A stretch of DNA of 64,000 bases. Source: Phoronis australis. Lineage: Eukaryota; Animalia; Phoronida. Positions 12,752 through 26,000 of the stretch are shown piece after piece. A program made the translations under genes and the position numbers. The DNA lies in contig NMRA01000183.1 of assembly GCA_002633005.1 (NCBI GenBank), positions 225,191 to 289,190 of the forward strand. Reading direction: 5' to 3'. Below the pieces are notes generated by a model. The model was not told the origin of the DNA. It made no database searches and saw only the letters and a program-made list of their open reading frames with translations. Numbering within the stretch: position 1 is the stretch's first letter; every line of letters begins with the position of its first letter.

Positions 12752-14076
12752 AGGCGAAGGCAACCCTTTTTCATGTCATTTTTAGCAAAAATAGGGTTCG
12801 TTGATTATCCCATACATATTTTTCACTTATTTACAGCTTTTCATACTTTAATTAATTACTCGTCGTCTACCCCGGAAGTGACTTTTTGGGAGGCAAGAAT
12901 TTCGCGCCAATCTCTTTTCATAGAGTCTGACTGTGAGAGCAGTCAAGTCAGTCATTATTCTACGTCGGTTGTGATAAGTTCGGTCGTCGTTTGCTTTTGT
13001 TTACGAGTCAGTCAACATGCCACGCTGTTGCTGCCTACCGAGATGTACTCATTATCGTCTCACGTACAGAGGAAGAACAACTGTCCCACTTGCTCGAGTG
13101 TCCCGCGACACACTGCCAGTGGATGGTGACTTGAGCACCCAAACTGCTTACATCCCGCCGTGCGACTCCCTCGTCACACACGTGGCACCTTCTAAATAGC
13201 TCCAATACAAGTCCACAATAAACTTATCAAACTTAGGCTCACCCATCTGTTCATTGGATGGCGAACTATCCTTTTCACTGGGTGTCAAACTGGGCCTGTG
13301 TTCACTCCCACTACTCAACATCGCTGCAGGGCTGCTTACAGGCTCTGGACTACAGACAACAGCACACGGGGAATCACTACTAGTTCCTGGAATTGCACGC
13401 TATGGGGTACGTTCGGTGGCATGGGCGACAGTAGATGAAGTGGCTTCAGTCACTGTATATAGTGGCCACAGCTTGCGAGGCTTCTCGCTTCAAAAACGCA
13501 CTTCTCGGGGGTGGCGACGGGGCACTGCCGGGAATCAACAGCGACGGTATGTAACCCTTCTTCAGGCGTTGTTTTGCAAGGACCTTCATCAATTCAGCGT
13601 ACATATCTCTGTCGTAATCTGACGTCTGAAAATGCTTGCCACTGCTTTGTGCGTTGCGTGAACGGGTAGCTCTGCGTTTTTCACACGAGCGAGCTAGCCA
13701 AGTACAGTACGGCGAAGTGTGTCATCCTTCGGAAAGTCATGTAAGGTACCCAAAGCACGTGTGAGACGATAATGAGTACACCCTGGTACGCAGCAACAGC
13801 GTGGCATGTTGACTGACTCGTAAACAAAAGCAAACGACGACCGACTCGACTTATCACAACAGAGGTTGAACAATGACTGACTCGACTGCTCTCACAGTCA
13901 GACTGTATGAATAGAAATTGGCGCGCAATTCTTGCCTCCCAAAACGTCACTTCCGGAGTAAAGGACGAGAAATTAATTAAATTACGAAAAGCTGTGATTA
14001 AGTGAAAAATATGTCTGGGATAATCAACAGGCCTTTGTTTTGCTAAAAGTGACATGAAAAAAGGTTGCCTTCCCAT
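12752..14076 (-). mobile_element. Non-autonomous Kolobok (family B) with about 310-bp inverted arms and a THAP-transposase 5' remnant
   Basis: TTAA TSD on both sides. Termini AGGCGAAGGCAACC / GGTTGCCTTCCCAT. The - strand from the ATG at 13807 reads MPRCCCVPGC..LHDFPKDDTLRR..WLAR..KHFQTSDY..RLKKGYIPSL (THAP), then DKFIVD..ELFRRCHVC..LGAQVTIHWQCVAGH (Kolobok transposase N-terminal region). Confidence 0.85.
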
Positions 14077-15536
14077 TTAACTGGATCTACTCTGTGGAAA
14101 ATATAGAAAGGCAGAGAATAAATGTCACTCGGTTACGTCTCATGTTGCATGTGCATGTAGCTTAGCAAGTCAAGCAGGAAGGTGGTTGCCACTTCCCAGA
14201 GGGAAAAGGAGACGTTTGTGCTTTTGTGGTAACATTCTAGTTTCCCTAGACAAACTGATCAAGAATGCTTATGCGTGTACAATTAAATACTTTCGCTCAT
14301 CACGTTCGAATACACTCCTCCAGCCTTGGCACCTACGATAGTCAGCTTAACCTCAATGGCAATTGGTTTAGCAGCATATTTGTGTCAAGCCCTGTATTGG
14401 CTTAAATTGTGATTAAAGTTTCGATGTCTTTTAATTGCTCTGTGCCGTATCTCATACACTTTTTGTGTCTTCACCTTGCTCCTTTATGGACGTGCATTTG
14501 AAGAAGTCGCTACTCCTACTAATGAATGCAATGACGTCCACCATATAACAACTGTCCCTTACCATTTCTTTACCAACCTGTAGTAGAAGACGCTGTTCAG
14601 ATCAGTAAGGCGAGTGTAAGGAAAACTGAGTTCCACATGCTACCACCGAAAGATCGCACATACAGTTGACGCTAGGACACACTGTCTCGACAAGCTTCCT
14701 CCAGTAGACATTTTGAACAGCAAGGTGCACTGACGAAAGGTTAAACAAGCACGTGCAAGTTACCGCAAGTTTGCTGACGGAGGTTCTGTAATCAGCATTT
14801 CTCTAGAGGACCTGCGTGGATACTAGTGTCGTGACAGAGAGATCATGGTCGATGTCTTGTGTGGTTCGCTTGGAGCAAAACCGCGAAATCTTGGTCACCT
14901 GCAGAGTCATGTAGTTGAATTTAACCCTCAATCTATTCTTGAGGTCTTACAACTTTTATCACCAAGATCGACTGCACTAGTGCGTCAACTGAGAGCCAAC
15001 CAATGAAGTCCCTGAAAACGTTCTTACGACGCTATCGCCTGGTGCACTGGATTGACCGACTCAGTCCATGTACCGGTTACTTAGCCCCTCCGTGAGCGTG
15101 TGTACGGAAATCACTGAGTAGTTCGTTTTGATTCATGTCGTGCATATTGAAACTTATTATAGACTTTTCAAGCAAAATTACGCCCTGTTTAGTTGACAAA
15201 AGTACAGGAATGGAGTTAAAAGCATTTTGACTCAAACTGATCTCATAATATTATTAACCTTCATAGTATCCTTATTCCATTAACGACTCAAGTCACAGGC
15301 AACGCGTAGCATACTTTCGTCATTTTCAAATTCGCAATTTGTGGATGGCCAGACGGACCCAATAAACTCTTAAGCATTTTCTTGAACTGACGGTAACGGA
15401 AACCGAAATAGAACCCCTCTGACGTCAATTAATATTATGAAATCGGATATTTGGACTGTTGCCTAATGAAGAGACATTTTGATTATTTGTACTGAGTTAA
15501 GGGAAAATAAACTGTGTCCTGTAACTTACTGCCAAG

Positions 15537-15789
15537 CATCCGCGCACCAAGCCTTCAAAATGGGGGGCTCAAATTCCTGACGTTATGGACCTTTTGCTAA
15601 CAAAAGGGCGGGCGGACTAAGAAAAAAAAACGGGAGCACCACTGTGAGTTGCGCGTTTGCGCTTATTTACTGGACTTTTGTCCCATTTCCTCGGACATTT
15701 TGTCTCTCAGAGGCGGACCTTTGTGCCCACTTCGCCAAATCGGGGGGTGGTTCGAGCCCCCGGAGCCCCCCCCCCCGGGTACGCGCATG
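15537..15789. mobile_element. CA..TG MITE with 5-bp TSD (CCAAG)
   Basis: ccaag|CATCCGCGCACC ... GGTACGCGCATG|ccaag, with G/C runs inside the termini. Confidence 0.75.
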
Positions 15790-16974
15790 CCAAGTATTGC
15801 CATCCGAGCTGAAGCACCCATCGTGAAATCAAGTCATATTTGGTTATGCATGTCTCACTGAGACCTGACTTATCAGGCCACAAGGAGAAACTGACGTCCG
15901 ACCGGTGCAGCGGGTTGCATAGGTTTGCATTTCCTTTGCTTCTTAACTAAGGAAAACCCTACTGACCTCTGTAATTTTCTTGAGCTGCATGATGGCTCGT
16001 CCGCTCTCCCCTACTGAGGCCCGGAGGTAATTGCTCTCCCTTGCCCCTCACGGTGAGGATAGAATGTAGAATTTCTAAAATTTATTTGAACGGATGCCTG
16101 TGTAAAGGTGTGTGATCAAGAGGGTCGCCAACTGCCACAGGCCATAGGGAAGCGTTGATTTTGAACTCATATCAAGATTTGTGCACCTGTTGTAGCCCAA
16201 ATAGAATCCTTCATTATGCGAGACCTATTGATCATTCTATATTCAACGGTATTCTAGCGGAGTAGAAGATGCAGTTTGACAATTAAAGGCGCCATTTTCC
16301 GGGCCGGAGGTAGCGTCCATGGTCCCCATGATTGGCATTTACACCAGAGGGCGGTCTTTTCTGGTTTCGGAGACACTATGAGTTTGAAAAACGAGGTCTA
16401 GGTAGCTTTCCTCACCTAAGGTTGTGTAGACGGACTTGAAACATGAATGGAATACTGCGTCAAAAACTTCAAAACCTTACAGTAAGTTCGATAAAACTGA
16501 CCCAAAGTTAATTTTCAAGTATTTTACGACTACAGCAGTCTTCACCCCAAAGCCCCTTTAGCTACATTGTACCAGACGCATAGGGTCACCTGAACTGAGC
16601 AGTCAGATGTGAAAACCATGTAGATAGGTTGTAGGTGGCGGATATCAGTGAATTTACTGTTCAATTTCATCATCCCGTCTGTTGGTAGGAAGCTAAATGA
16701 AAAGCCACCACTGAACAAAAATGTGTCACGTTGACAACTACCATTATTTCAATCAGAACACGCTGTGGCCGACTAGTACTACTATGAAACCGTGAGGAAG
16801 AGCTTATCGTCAGTTCATGGTCCAAACTAATAAAAAATCGATGTGAAAGGTTATACTGCTCTTTGTGCATTGTGGTTTACAACCAAGTGTTATCAGATCC
16901 TATACGTCCCGGTTCAGGAAAAACATCCCTGCCACAGTTTCCAGCAGCTTCGTCCCCAAACCTCCAGACAGCGT

Positions 16975-17392
16975 TGATCGGTTTAGCCATTTGAGGCTTG
17001 GTTATGGGAATTACTTTCTGCGCAATGATTGGCCGTTGCCTTGACGTCATTAAAACAAGGGCAGATTTTAATTATTTTCAGAGGCGTTGTTGCTTCCATT
17101 TATGAAGAAGAACGCATTATTTGAAAGAACGCTTGTTGGCATACTTATTTTCAATTCTTGTTATTAACGGTATCATAGAAATCAATCTGTTTTCGAATCA
17201 AAGTACACCATTTTTGCAATAATTTTGACCCAAATTGTTGAAATAAACCATTTTAATATTATTTTGCAGAGAATTTCAAAGTTGTTAAAACTTTATATTA
17301 CTCGTGATATTTCGGGGATTTCCGTAAAACCGTGTCAGAATTCTGAAACATTTCATTTCCCATAACCAAGCCTCAAATGGCTAAACCGATCA
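16975..17392. mobile_element. MITE with about 35-bp perfect TIR
   Basis: tgatcggtttagccatttgaggcttggttatgggaa is the reverse complement of ttcccataaccaagcctcaaatggctaaaccgatca. Confidence 0.8.
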
Positions 17393-17624
17393 CTGACCGC
17401 CATCTTGAGTCTTGGCGACGAGGCTGAGATTTCCAGATATACGCAGAAAGAATCAAAAAGAACAATATGCGCTCTTGCGTGGCAGAGAACACATGGGTCT
17501 GAGCTACACCTGACAGTCGAGATATTGCTAGGCGGCCGTTCACGATTCGTTTGTCCAAATCATCGCGGCTTTTAAAGACGGCTATAGGCAATATTTCAGC
17601 CAAAGTTAAAGATTCGAAACTTAG

Positions 17625-17797
17625 GTTATGTAGGGCTTTACCGACAAGTCTGTGCATATTTAGCTAAAAAACCACAAGAAAAAACTGTAGAATTTAACGC
17701 GGCAAAAGTATATATTTTCTGAAGGTAGAGAATTTGCAAAAGTCGATTTTTTACTTTTTTGCCAATCTGGCATTACATGGGTCACGTGGCCTTTTAA
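17625..17797 (-). repeat. Dispersed TTAA-terminal repeat, homologous to 38866-39025
   Basis: Reverse complement ttaaaaggccacgtgaccc..ttcagaaaat..tttagctaaata matches ttaagacagtcacgtgaccc..ttcagaaaat..tttagctaaata. Confidence 0.55.
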
Positions 17798-20700
17798 GGT
17801 AAGATTTATCGAAAATAAACGTAAATCAATTGCAAAGTACTGGTAACAACAAAGTGACCAAATTCTGTTTAATATAGATGTTTTCAATAAAATATCAAAA
17901 ACGCTGCTACAGTTAATCGAAATTATTTTTTCGTCTTTCATTTTACAAATATCATAAAAGTTTAATCATTTGATAACCCTTCATGCAAAAGTAGAAGTTT
18001 TTAAAATGAGTTTCTAATAGCGTTTTGAAGGACACTGCATAAATTGTGCTGTCTGACACTTGTATATCAATCCCATGATTCGGAGATACAATGGTCCAAA
18101 TTTGCCAAATTTTACCATTTTGAGGGTCTACATAATCTTAATGTTTTTTAAGACAAGATGAAAATGTGCGAGTCAATTTTCATGCAGTAAAATTACGAAG
18201 GTCGGGAGCTAAAAATGAAATAAAACACGGAATTTGATATTTAGTTTTGTTAATGGGTAATAGATCCAAGAATAGGAAACGAGATGTATGGAACCTCCGA
18301 GAGTACATGTATATTAGGCGCATATATTAGGCGCACCATCTTGCACCTTTGCGCCTGATTCCTGCTGCGAGTTACACATCACGGAGACCTGCCGGTGGAC
18401 CGCCTTGCAGATCCGTCATCAACGGCGGTTTTTTATTTTGTTTTCATTCAGTTTGTTTTTGTCTGTTTCAAGTGAAAGAGAACCGCGAATCGAATAAAAA
18501 TGGCGAAAACACAACAACGGGACAGTGAACCTGTCACGTAACTTATCTCAAAGTATTAGGGTGGCTCGGGATACCACGTGACATCTGCCAATCAGACCGG
18601 TAACAACGAGAATACAGAGTGCCTCTGGATAACGCTTGAAAACAGCACTTTGTGAAAGATTAAGCAAATTCATTGTTGTACAATTTCTATTTTGATAAAA
18701 AATAAATCAAATACACTCAAATTTAAATAATCCAACGGACCTTTACGCTAGAAAGGAATTTTTGGAGATCAACCCCAGTGCGGAATGGAACCTGGAACCC
18801 CCGCGGTGGCACGTTAACGCTCTGCTGTCGACGTTCACCCTCACTTTATAAGTGACTCATTACTTTACTTTAGCGTATTTAGCTGGTAAATCCATCGGCC
18901 TTGGGTCCAACGAATATCTGGTAGACAACGGCAACAACTGGCGATTTGTAACACAATCCGAAAGACAAAAGACAATCTGTTGCAGTATAGCTGTGATCAA
19001 AGCTGTCAACTACAAGCACAAGACAATCTGTTGTAGTATACATAGCACCCAGCCTTTAATATCGGGAGGGCTCCAAATTTCTGACGATGTGGACTGTTTG
19101 CTGACAAATAAGTGGCAGGACAAAAAAAAAAGAAATAAAAACGGACACCTTCAGGACTGTAAACTGTACGTCTGCGTGGATTAGAAGACTTTTGTCTCGG
19201 TTTCTCAGACTTACTGTTTCTATGAGGCGCACCTTTTTGTCCACTTCGCAAAATGGGGGGGGGGGGCTCATTCGAGACGTTAACGCCGAAAAGTCGTGTC
19301 CGAATATTTGTCTACGCACACCGATTAGCCACATACAACACTCGCAATATGAGAACCAGTAGGTTTATATTCTTCACTGAAGAATGGACACCGAACTGGT
19401 TCTCAACACAAAGTAACTGTTGACTTAGGACACTAAACGCTATACATCCTCTACTAACTTGTGCCTTACAGAATAGAGTTGATTTCTTGACTTGAGAAGA
19501 ACTGACATCTCATTGTTGTTTGAGATCAGTCTCATTACTTTGGCTTGTCACGGCGTGTTATTTAATGCACAATGCGTGGTCTCAAGCAGTACCAAACTGT
19601 TAGCTCTTCTATAGATGAACCCATTCGCCATCTGAGTGAGAAACAATTTGAGAGCAGTTTTGTGGAGAGTGGTCTAAATCGCTTTTTATTGCACAAATCA
19701 TTTAATAAGTAACTACCCACAGGCCTGCACATTGTTGTCTGGGTTTGAAAATGTGAATCAGAGAATGAAAAACAGCCAGAAAATTGCTTCACCCGCCCCC
19801 TGGTGAACAATGAGAAAACAAATCCAACCAAGTTTTCTCACATGACCTGGAATGTGTTACGACACGACTGCTTAAAAATCCATACGCCTTACATTTTATC
19901 GTCTGCGAAACACTAATACCAACAACCAAAGGCGCTCCAACCAAACAATGCCGAATTTCCGTGAAGGACGTACACAGAACTTTGTAAAAGAACCCGTCTT
20001 CGGCCGCAAATTCCGTACCCACGTTCATTTAAACGGAGACGAACTCAAGAAACACGGTGACATTGTCTAGCTGCAACGTCTCAAAACTCATACGCGCTGA
20101 AGCCCGGATGACTTGTTATTTACAAACTTTTACAACTTGAAAGTCTATGTATTAGATTCTAATTTGAATATTTGTTACGGAAGCTGAATGCAGTTCACAA
20201 TTGTTAACAAAACTGATAACAAAAAGTAACTGAGTTTACAGTGCGGGCGTGTGTTTTTAAAAAAATGCGTCATTTGGTTGAAAGTTTTAGACATGTCTAT
20301 TTTTTTGGTAAAGATATCGTTTTTTCAGTTCATGGCAAGCCTCGGGATTTTGACAAAATTTCCAAAAGGTTCTGCCCATGTCACAAACCTGAGACTCGTG
20401 TAGGATTCTCTATATCTGCACAGTGTTTGATGCATGACCAAAATGTTTTGCACGTTTAGGTACTAACAGATAAAACTGCCGGTGAAAGTACAACTGCAAT
20501 AAAAATTTTGAAATTGTACATTCGTACACTCTTTTAACATCCCCAAAAGTAATCAAAAGGTGTCCCATATCCTACATGAATACGATTAGCATTTATCGTG
20601 TATGTTGATAACAGACCTTCTTTCAACCAAGTCTAATTGAACGCCAAACTTTTTTTCGCACTTTTTAAGTTTCAGCAATAGCTTCTCGTATTGCCGCGCC

Positions 20701-20961
20701 ATACACTGGACGTTTAGTCCCGATGTCTAATTCGAACAGGGGACGCCCAGCACTGAAATATAACACCAAAAGGGGACAACTTTTTAAAACAATCACGGGC
20801 GTTTATTCCCTTTACTTGGACCTTCCTTGGTCATCTAAGGAGTGACTAAAATGCTAAGAAAGACAACAGAGCCCACTAGGAAGAAACTGTGTATGGTGTT
20901 AAAACAGTTAATTGAAACAGTTGCTGAAGTTTTTTACCACTATGTCTGCAAAATAATTTAT

Positions 20962-21013
20962 CACCTATTGTCAGTGCAGTAATATTACACCTATTGTCAG
21001 TGCAGTAATATTA
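20962..21013. repeat. Perfect 26-bp tandem duplication
   Basis: cacctattgtcagtgcagtaatatta x2. Confidence 0.9.
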
Positions 21014-22614
21014 CATTTTTTCTGCAATTAATGAACTAGGACTTGTCCACAAGCATTGCTCAGTTGTACAAGCAGCGTTATATTACCGATAGAGGGCCAG
21101 CCAGGGGAACCAGTTACAATTGAAAGAGTATTCTTCTCCACGTTGATTTTGGCATTACTTGTCTTTATGATGAGCACAGCAGTTTGACTGTTCAAACATT
21201 AGTCTCATCTGCCATAATAGTTTTGACGTATGGTGATAATTCGGTTTGTAATGACTAGTGTCGTGTCTCGTGTTGAAACACATTCATAATTGACTGTATA
21301 CAGCGCTCGAAGGGATAGCGCCGAGCTCAAGTGTGGTATGAATAGAGGAAACTGAGCCAAACATATAATCGATATCCGTGCTTTATACTCAGTCTCATTC
21401 ACATTACACCAACTCGTAGATAGGATGGTGGCCAGTAACTAATGGTAACGAAGATCCCATTTTTTGAAAAGCCATCTTTGGTCATAAAATATGTATTTTC
21501 TGTTCCACACAAATGGTAAATGTATGCCGACGTGCACTTAACTACCACAGGTGGCACCAGGTGGTCCATGGACAATGTGCACTAATTTATGGGACGTCAT
21601 GGACTAAAGCTAAACTAGTATGACAACTCAGCTCACGTCTTCGAGGTAGTGCAACTGCGCCGGATCTACTTGACGGTCCTGTGATCGTGTGGACAACAAA
21701 CTGAGGCCTTGTGCAATTGAGTTTGTCCGAATGATGAATCACTCTTTTTTCTCGTCATTTAACAGCTTGCATCTATTTTTTTTCGTTTCGTTTCCGTTAT
21801 AGTAAATGAAACAAAGTAATAAAAAATTCCAAGCAAATATCGCAAAGCGTTGTGGTTTGAACTACCGCCATTTTGGACTAGCTAATTTTAAACGCATTAG
21901 AATGACATGCACAAAGTAATTTGCGCTGTGCTCCATTTCCTTGACTCCACTTGCGTGATTGTGGTCTGTACTGATTGGACGCAAGTTGCCAGAGGCGCAA
22001 CCTGCGATAGTGTAACTGCCTGTTAACACTTGTTTTACTAACGCGCCTAATATTCAGCTTTGCGTTTCGAAACTTACACATCGTCATAAAGTTGAATACA
22101 TTTATAGTTAAACATTCAAATTATCTCACTCGTAAGTATTGTTTTTACAGGGCATACCAAAATTCATAATATACATTGTATTCCCTCTTATTTAAACAAT
22201 TCTGCCTGACCATACTCATGATTCATGCTCCAGCGAACCGTATACTGCCATTTGGAAACGTTTTACTATGCACTAGGCGTCATCGCTTAGTAAGACGTGT
22301 GCGCGAAGGAACCCTCAAGCTTACAAACACTTATTCGAATGCGTAAATATTGTTTTACTCAGACGTATGAGGGCAAATTTAATTATTGAATGCATAATCC
22401 GATAATATGTCTGGCAGTCTGTTCTAGGCTAACATTGGTGTGTCAAAAATCAAGACAAAATCAGCAAAGACACATTGATTTTAAAATGTGGACCTAATGG
22501 GTTTCTTATATGAGACCGTTGCTGACAAAGAAAGCTTTATAACAGTGAGTAACGACTGCGAGTAAGAATAACAGTTATAGTATCAACCATGACGACAGTG
22601 AGATTGACAAAGGC

Positions 22615-23060
22615 ATGATGATGATGATGATGTTGATGATGGTGATGATGATGATGGTGGTGATGATGGTGGTAGTGATCATGATGATGATGACGGTGAT
22701 GATGGTGGTGGTGATGATGATGATGATGATGGAGAAGAGGAGGATGGTGGTGGTAATGATGGTGGTTGTAATGATGATCCTGATGGTGGTGGTGGTGGTG
22801 ATGATGACGATAGTGATGGTGATGATGATGATGATGATAGCGATGACGATGATGATGGTGATGATATTGATGGTGACGATGATTGAGTGGATGATGATGA
22901 TGCTGGTGATGATGATTAGGATGACGATGACGATGATGATGGTGATGATGATGATGAGGGTGATGATGGTGATGGTGATGATGATGGTGATGGTGATGAT
23001 GATGGTGATGGTAATAATGTTGGTGATGATGATGATGGCGACGACGATGATTATGAGCAT
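22615..23060. repeat. Imperfect (ATG/GTG)n trinucleotide microsatellite
   Basis: Direct reading. It generates the spurious poly-M/V and poly-I ORFs. Confidence 0.95.
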
Positions 23061-26000
23061 GAAAATTATATTAGCAACAAAACAGAGCGATAACAAGAAC
23101 AACAGCGACAGTACACAACATAATTAGGTTTACAATAAAGTTGTACAGAATATGCGTTAAAATAACAGGTTATTCATTATAGTGACTCTGACATATTGGA
23201 TCACTTGCTATATTTTTAACTAAGAAATATGTTTGCGTCATTGTTAGATTATGTTTGTGTTAATATCCTACTTCTTGACACGTGAAATAAAAGGATTGTC
23301 TGTTCATCTTGAACATTCTTTGTGGAGTCAATTTGAACTTCAATGGAATTGTTTCTTGTGTTCGACTGTTCTGCCGTTCTCAATCTATCTACAAAAAACG
23401 TTTCCTCGTCAGAACCTTAAGAAACCGTAAGATTTTACTCGAGTTTTAAATACGCTGAGAAGCTGGTCTGGCTTACGTATGTTGCCGTACATAACACCTG
23501 ACAATACAGTACATGTACATCCATAGAGAGATCTCACAATCTCCGTGGTCACAATATCAATTAGTCTGTTAAATATCAGTGACCCTTTGTCTGTCTGCTA
23601 ATACTTAATGACCAAGTATATATGACCATTATCAGAAATTAAAAGGATTAACTGATTACTACCTCCAAATGGACATCAGTATCCTTTCAATAGACAACGA
23701 CGATCTTTCCTTAAAACGGTGGTATCAGTTGAATCCGCTTAAACAACGAACATCGGCGGATATTTGGATTATCGGCTCTTGAGCAATTTTCTTCATACAG
23801 TTTTGGAGACAAGCCCTCACTCCTGAACCTGCCTGATTTAAAGAATTTGCAATTACGCTAAATATTACTAATGAGTGTTAAGTCTTTGATGTTAGAATGA
23901 TGTGTAGTATGGAAATCTATTGTGAGGCAAAGTTTTCGTCACTTACGATATGAGATGTAGCCTACCTAATTATGAGCTGTATTGATTTCCTAAATATTCA
24001 ATAGTATGAGGTTTAACAGAAACGATTGGATATTTTAACGTTATATACATGTAAGATTGCATCAACAAAATATCTACAAAGCTATCCAATTTCAAGTCAG
24101 TAAAAGTACATATTTTCTGAATGTGATCTGTTTGACAATATGCCATTACTTCGGTCCCCCCGTGATCGCGTGTCTTTGCCTTTCGTAAGTTTTAACAAAA
24201 AGAAAAGTTACATTGATAGCAAAATAACGGTATCTATAACGTTGCCAAATTATACTTGATACAAACGTTCAAGATGAAAACCAAATAACGCTGTTTAAGT
24301 TTTCTAAATTATAATTTCGTTTTAGCTCCATGCTGCTTTAGATTTTTGCGAAAATCACATGACCCAATGACATGTGAATGATCTTTATAAAAAAGTGAAG
24401 GATTTTAAAATCATTTAGAAGCGTTCAGGAGATCCGTGCATAAAACCTAGTATTTATAAAAACTCTTGTGAATCCAATCACCCATTTCTGAGATATGATG
24501 TCCCGAAATTTTTTCAAAGGTCCTACATAAATCAAACGCGAACTGGAGTTTCTTTTTCAAAAAACAAAACTACTGAAAATGGACCAGGTAGCTTTTGTGT
24601 GTGCTTAATTTTTTGATGTTGTTACAGAATTCTTGTTTTTATCACAAATATAATGACTATATGTTCAATAGACTAGACAAGTTGATATGGCTTCGCTAAA
24701 TCTCCACATCTCAGTTGAGATGCATGCCGTGCGTTGCACATCTCTTACATGTCTTGGGTGCTCAAAGGTTACTCGGTACAGTCCCAAAGTTTGCATAGGC
24801 TGTTATTGAGGCTGAAAATAAATACATATACAATTAGAGCGAGCTATTCATCTTAAAACTTAATGTACCCTTGACGAGTCAAAATAAATTCCTCATCGTT
24901 TGTTAGGAATTACTGCTAACGGACGTTATGATAGCAGTTAGCAATAATCGCAAAATCATTATTAACTCGAGAGTCTGGCGCATTGAAAATCGTTTAGTAT
25001 TTCCAAATACCATCACACTCGCATTCACAGATGAAGACTCTTGAAATAACTAAGGCGTTTAAACAAAAAAACTAAAACGTCCCACCGCACTCCCTCTTGT
25101 ACACCGCCATTATACTGGCGCGTCAAATCTCCGTGCCTTTACGAGCTACATAATTGTTGAAATGTAAACTAACGAAACGGTAGCAATTGATCATTATGAG
25201 TGGCACTTGTGGAAGCGATTTATTCTAATACGTGATCTTAAAAATAAATTCCAATTGTCCTCAATGTTTGTGTTTGTATTTACTCTCTATAGAAAGGAAA
25301 TTTAGTCGTAGCCTGTCAAATCTAAAGCGGGTATAACCAGTGCATCGAGTCTCTGTAAATACATTAGAATAACTTTTATTTATTAAAGTGGCCTTGCGCG
25401 ACAGTTGTCAGCTCACTTTGACAATTGGTGAACTTGAAACATGTCGTGTCAAACCCTGCTTAAGAAGCCCTTGTGAGCGATATGGCCGGGGTCAGTCCGT
25501 CCCTTTTACGAAATTAAGGTGCACGAGTGGCGATGTTGCGTGACCCTGTGAGATTTGTTTCACACCCAAAGTCACTAGAACTTAAAGGAGAGATGGGACT
25601 ATCCCAATTCAACCCCTTGTACGCCAATGAATTGTTTTGGCCAACACAAACTGCAGTGTCATTTTTCAAAGATAAACTTGTTTAAATCATTGCAGAGGCC
25701 TCCGATTTCAATCAAACAGTAGTATTACGTAAAAGTAGATTCCAACGTCCCTGGACGTGGTTTTGTGAACCATACAACAGTCATATTCGGAAAGAAGTTA
25801 TTTTTTCTCTCAAAAGATTATTACGGGACATGGGAGGGGGGGGGGGNCTGCCACGTACTGTGACATTAGGTGCGCGACAAAATGCTCCTAATAACATCCC
25901 ATCCCAACATCAATACCCAATGGATCAAAATTATCACCAACGTCGACTGGCAATCATTACGTACTTCACCATTCTTGAACGTCATCACCGGTCCCGCGAT

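Larger units (their letters stand above)
8460..14019. repeat. About 2.4-kb direct duplication (8460-10889 and 11584-14019) flanking an N gap; probable haplotype/assembly duplication
   Basis: Near-identical copies with scattered substitutions and 1-3 nt indels. Copy 1 ends and copy 2 begins exactly at the gap edges. Confidence 0.85.
9070..15170 (-). mobile_element. Probable highly decayed BEL/Pao retrotransposon internal region, interrupted by Kolobok family B and the duplication
   Basis: The - strand 9470-9110 reads NSEGH..PLP..VKSRVGTL..LLEDNG..PIFFVIY..RYLFDSTATSIN..LVLKR. This resembles BEL pol (G.W..PLP, YLPIFGVYHPKK..IRVVFDSSA..SLN..GVL.RF). TGAAAAGTC at about 15170 resembles BEL internal starts. 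The 14081-15170 part is weakly supported. Confidence 0.45.

Noticed and set aside
22575-23127. Poly-Met/Val and poly-Ile ORFs
   Set aside because: Products of an (ATG)n microsatellite
23395-23415. Minus-strand CTGACGA-G-GAAACGTT hammerhead-like string
   Set aside because: Stem II is absent and there is no stem I pairing
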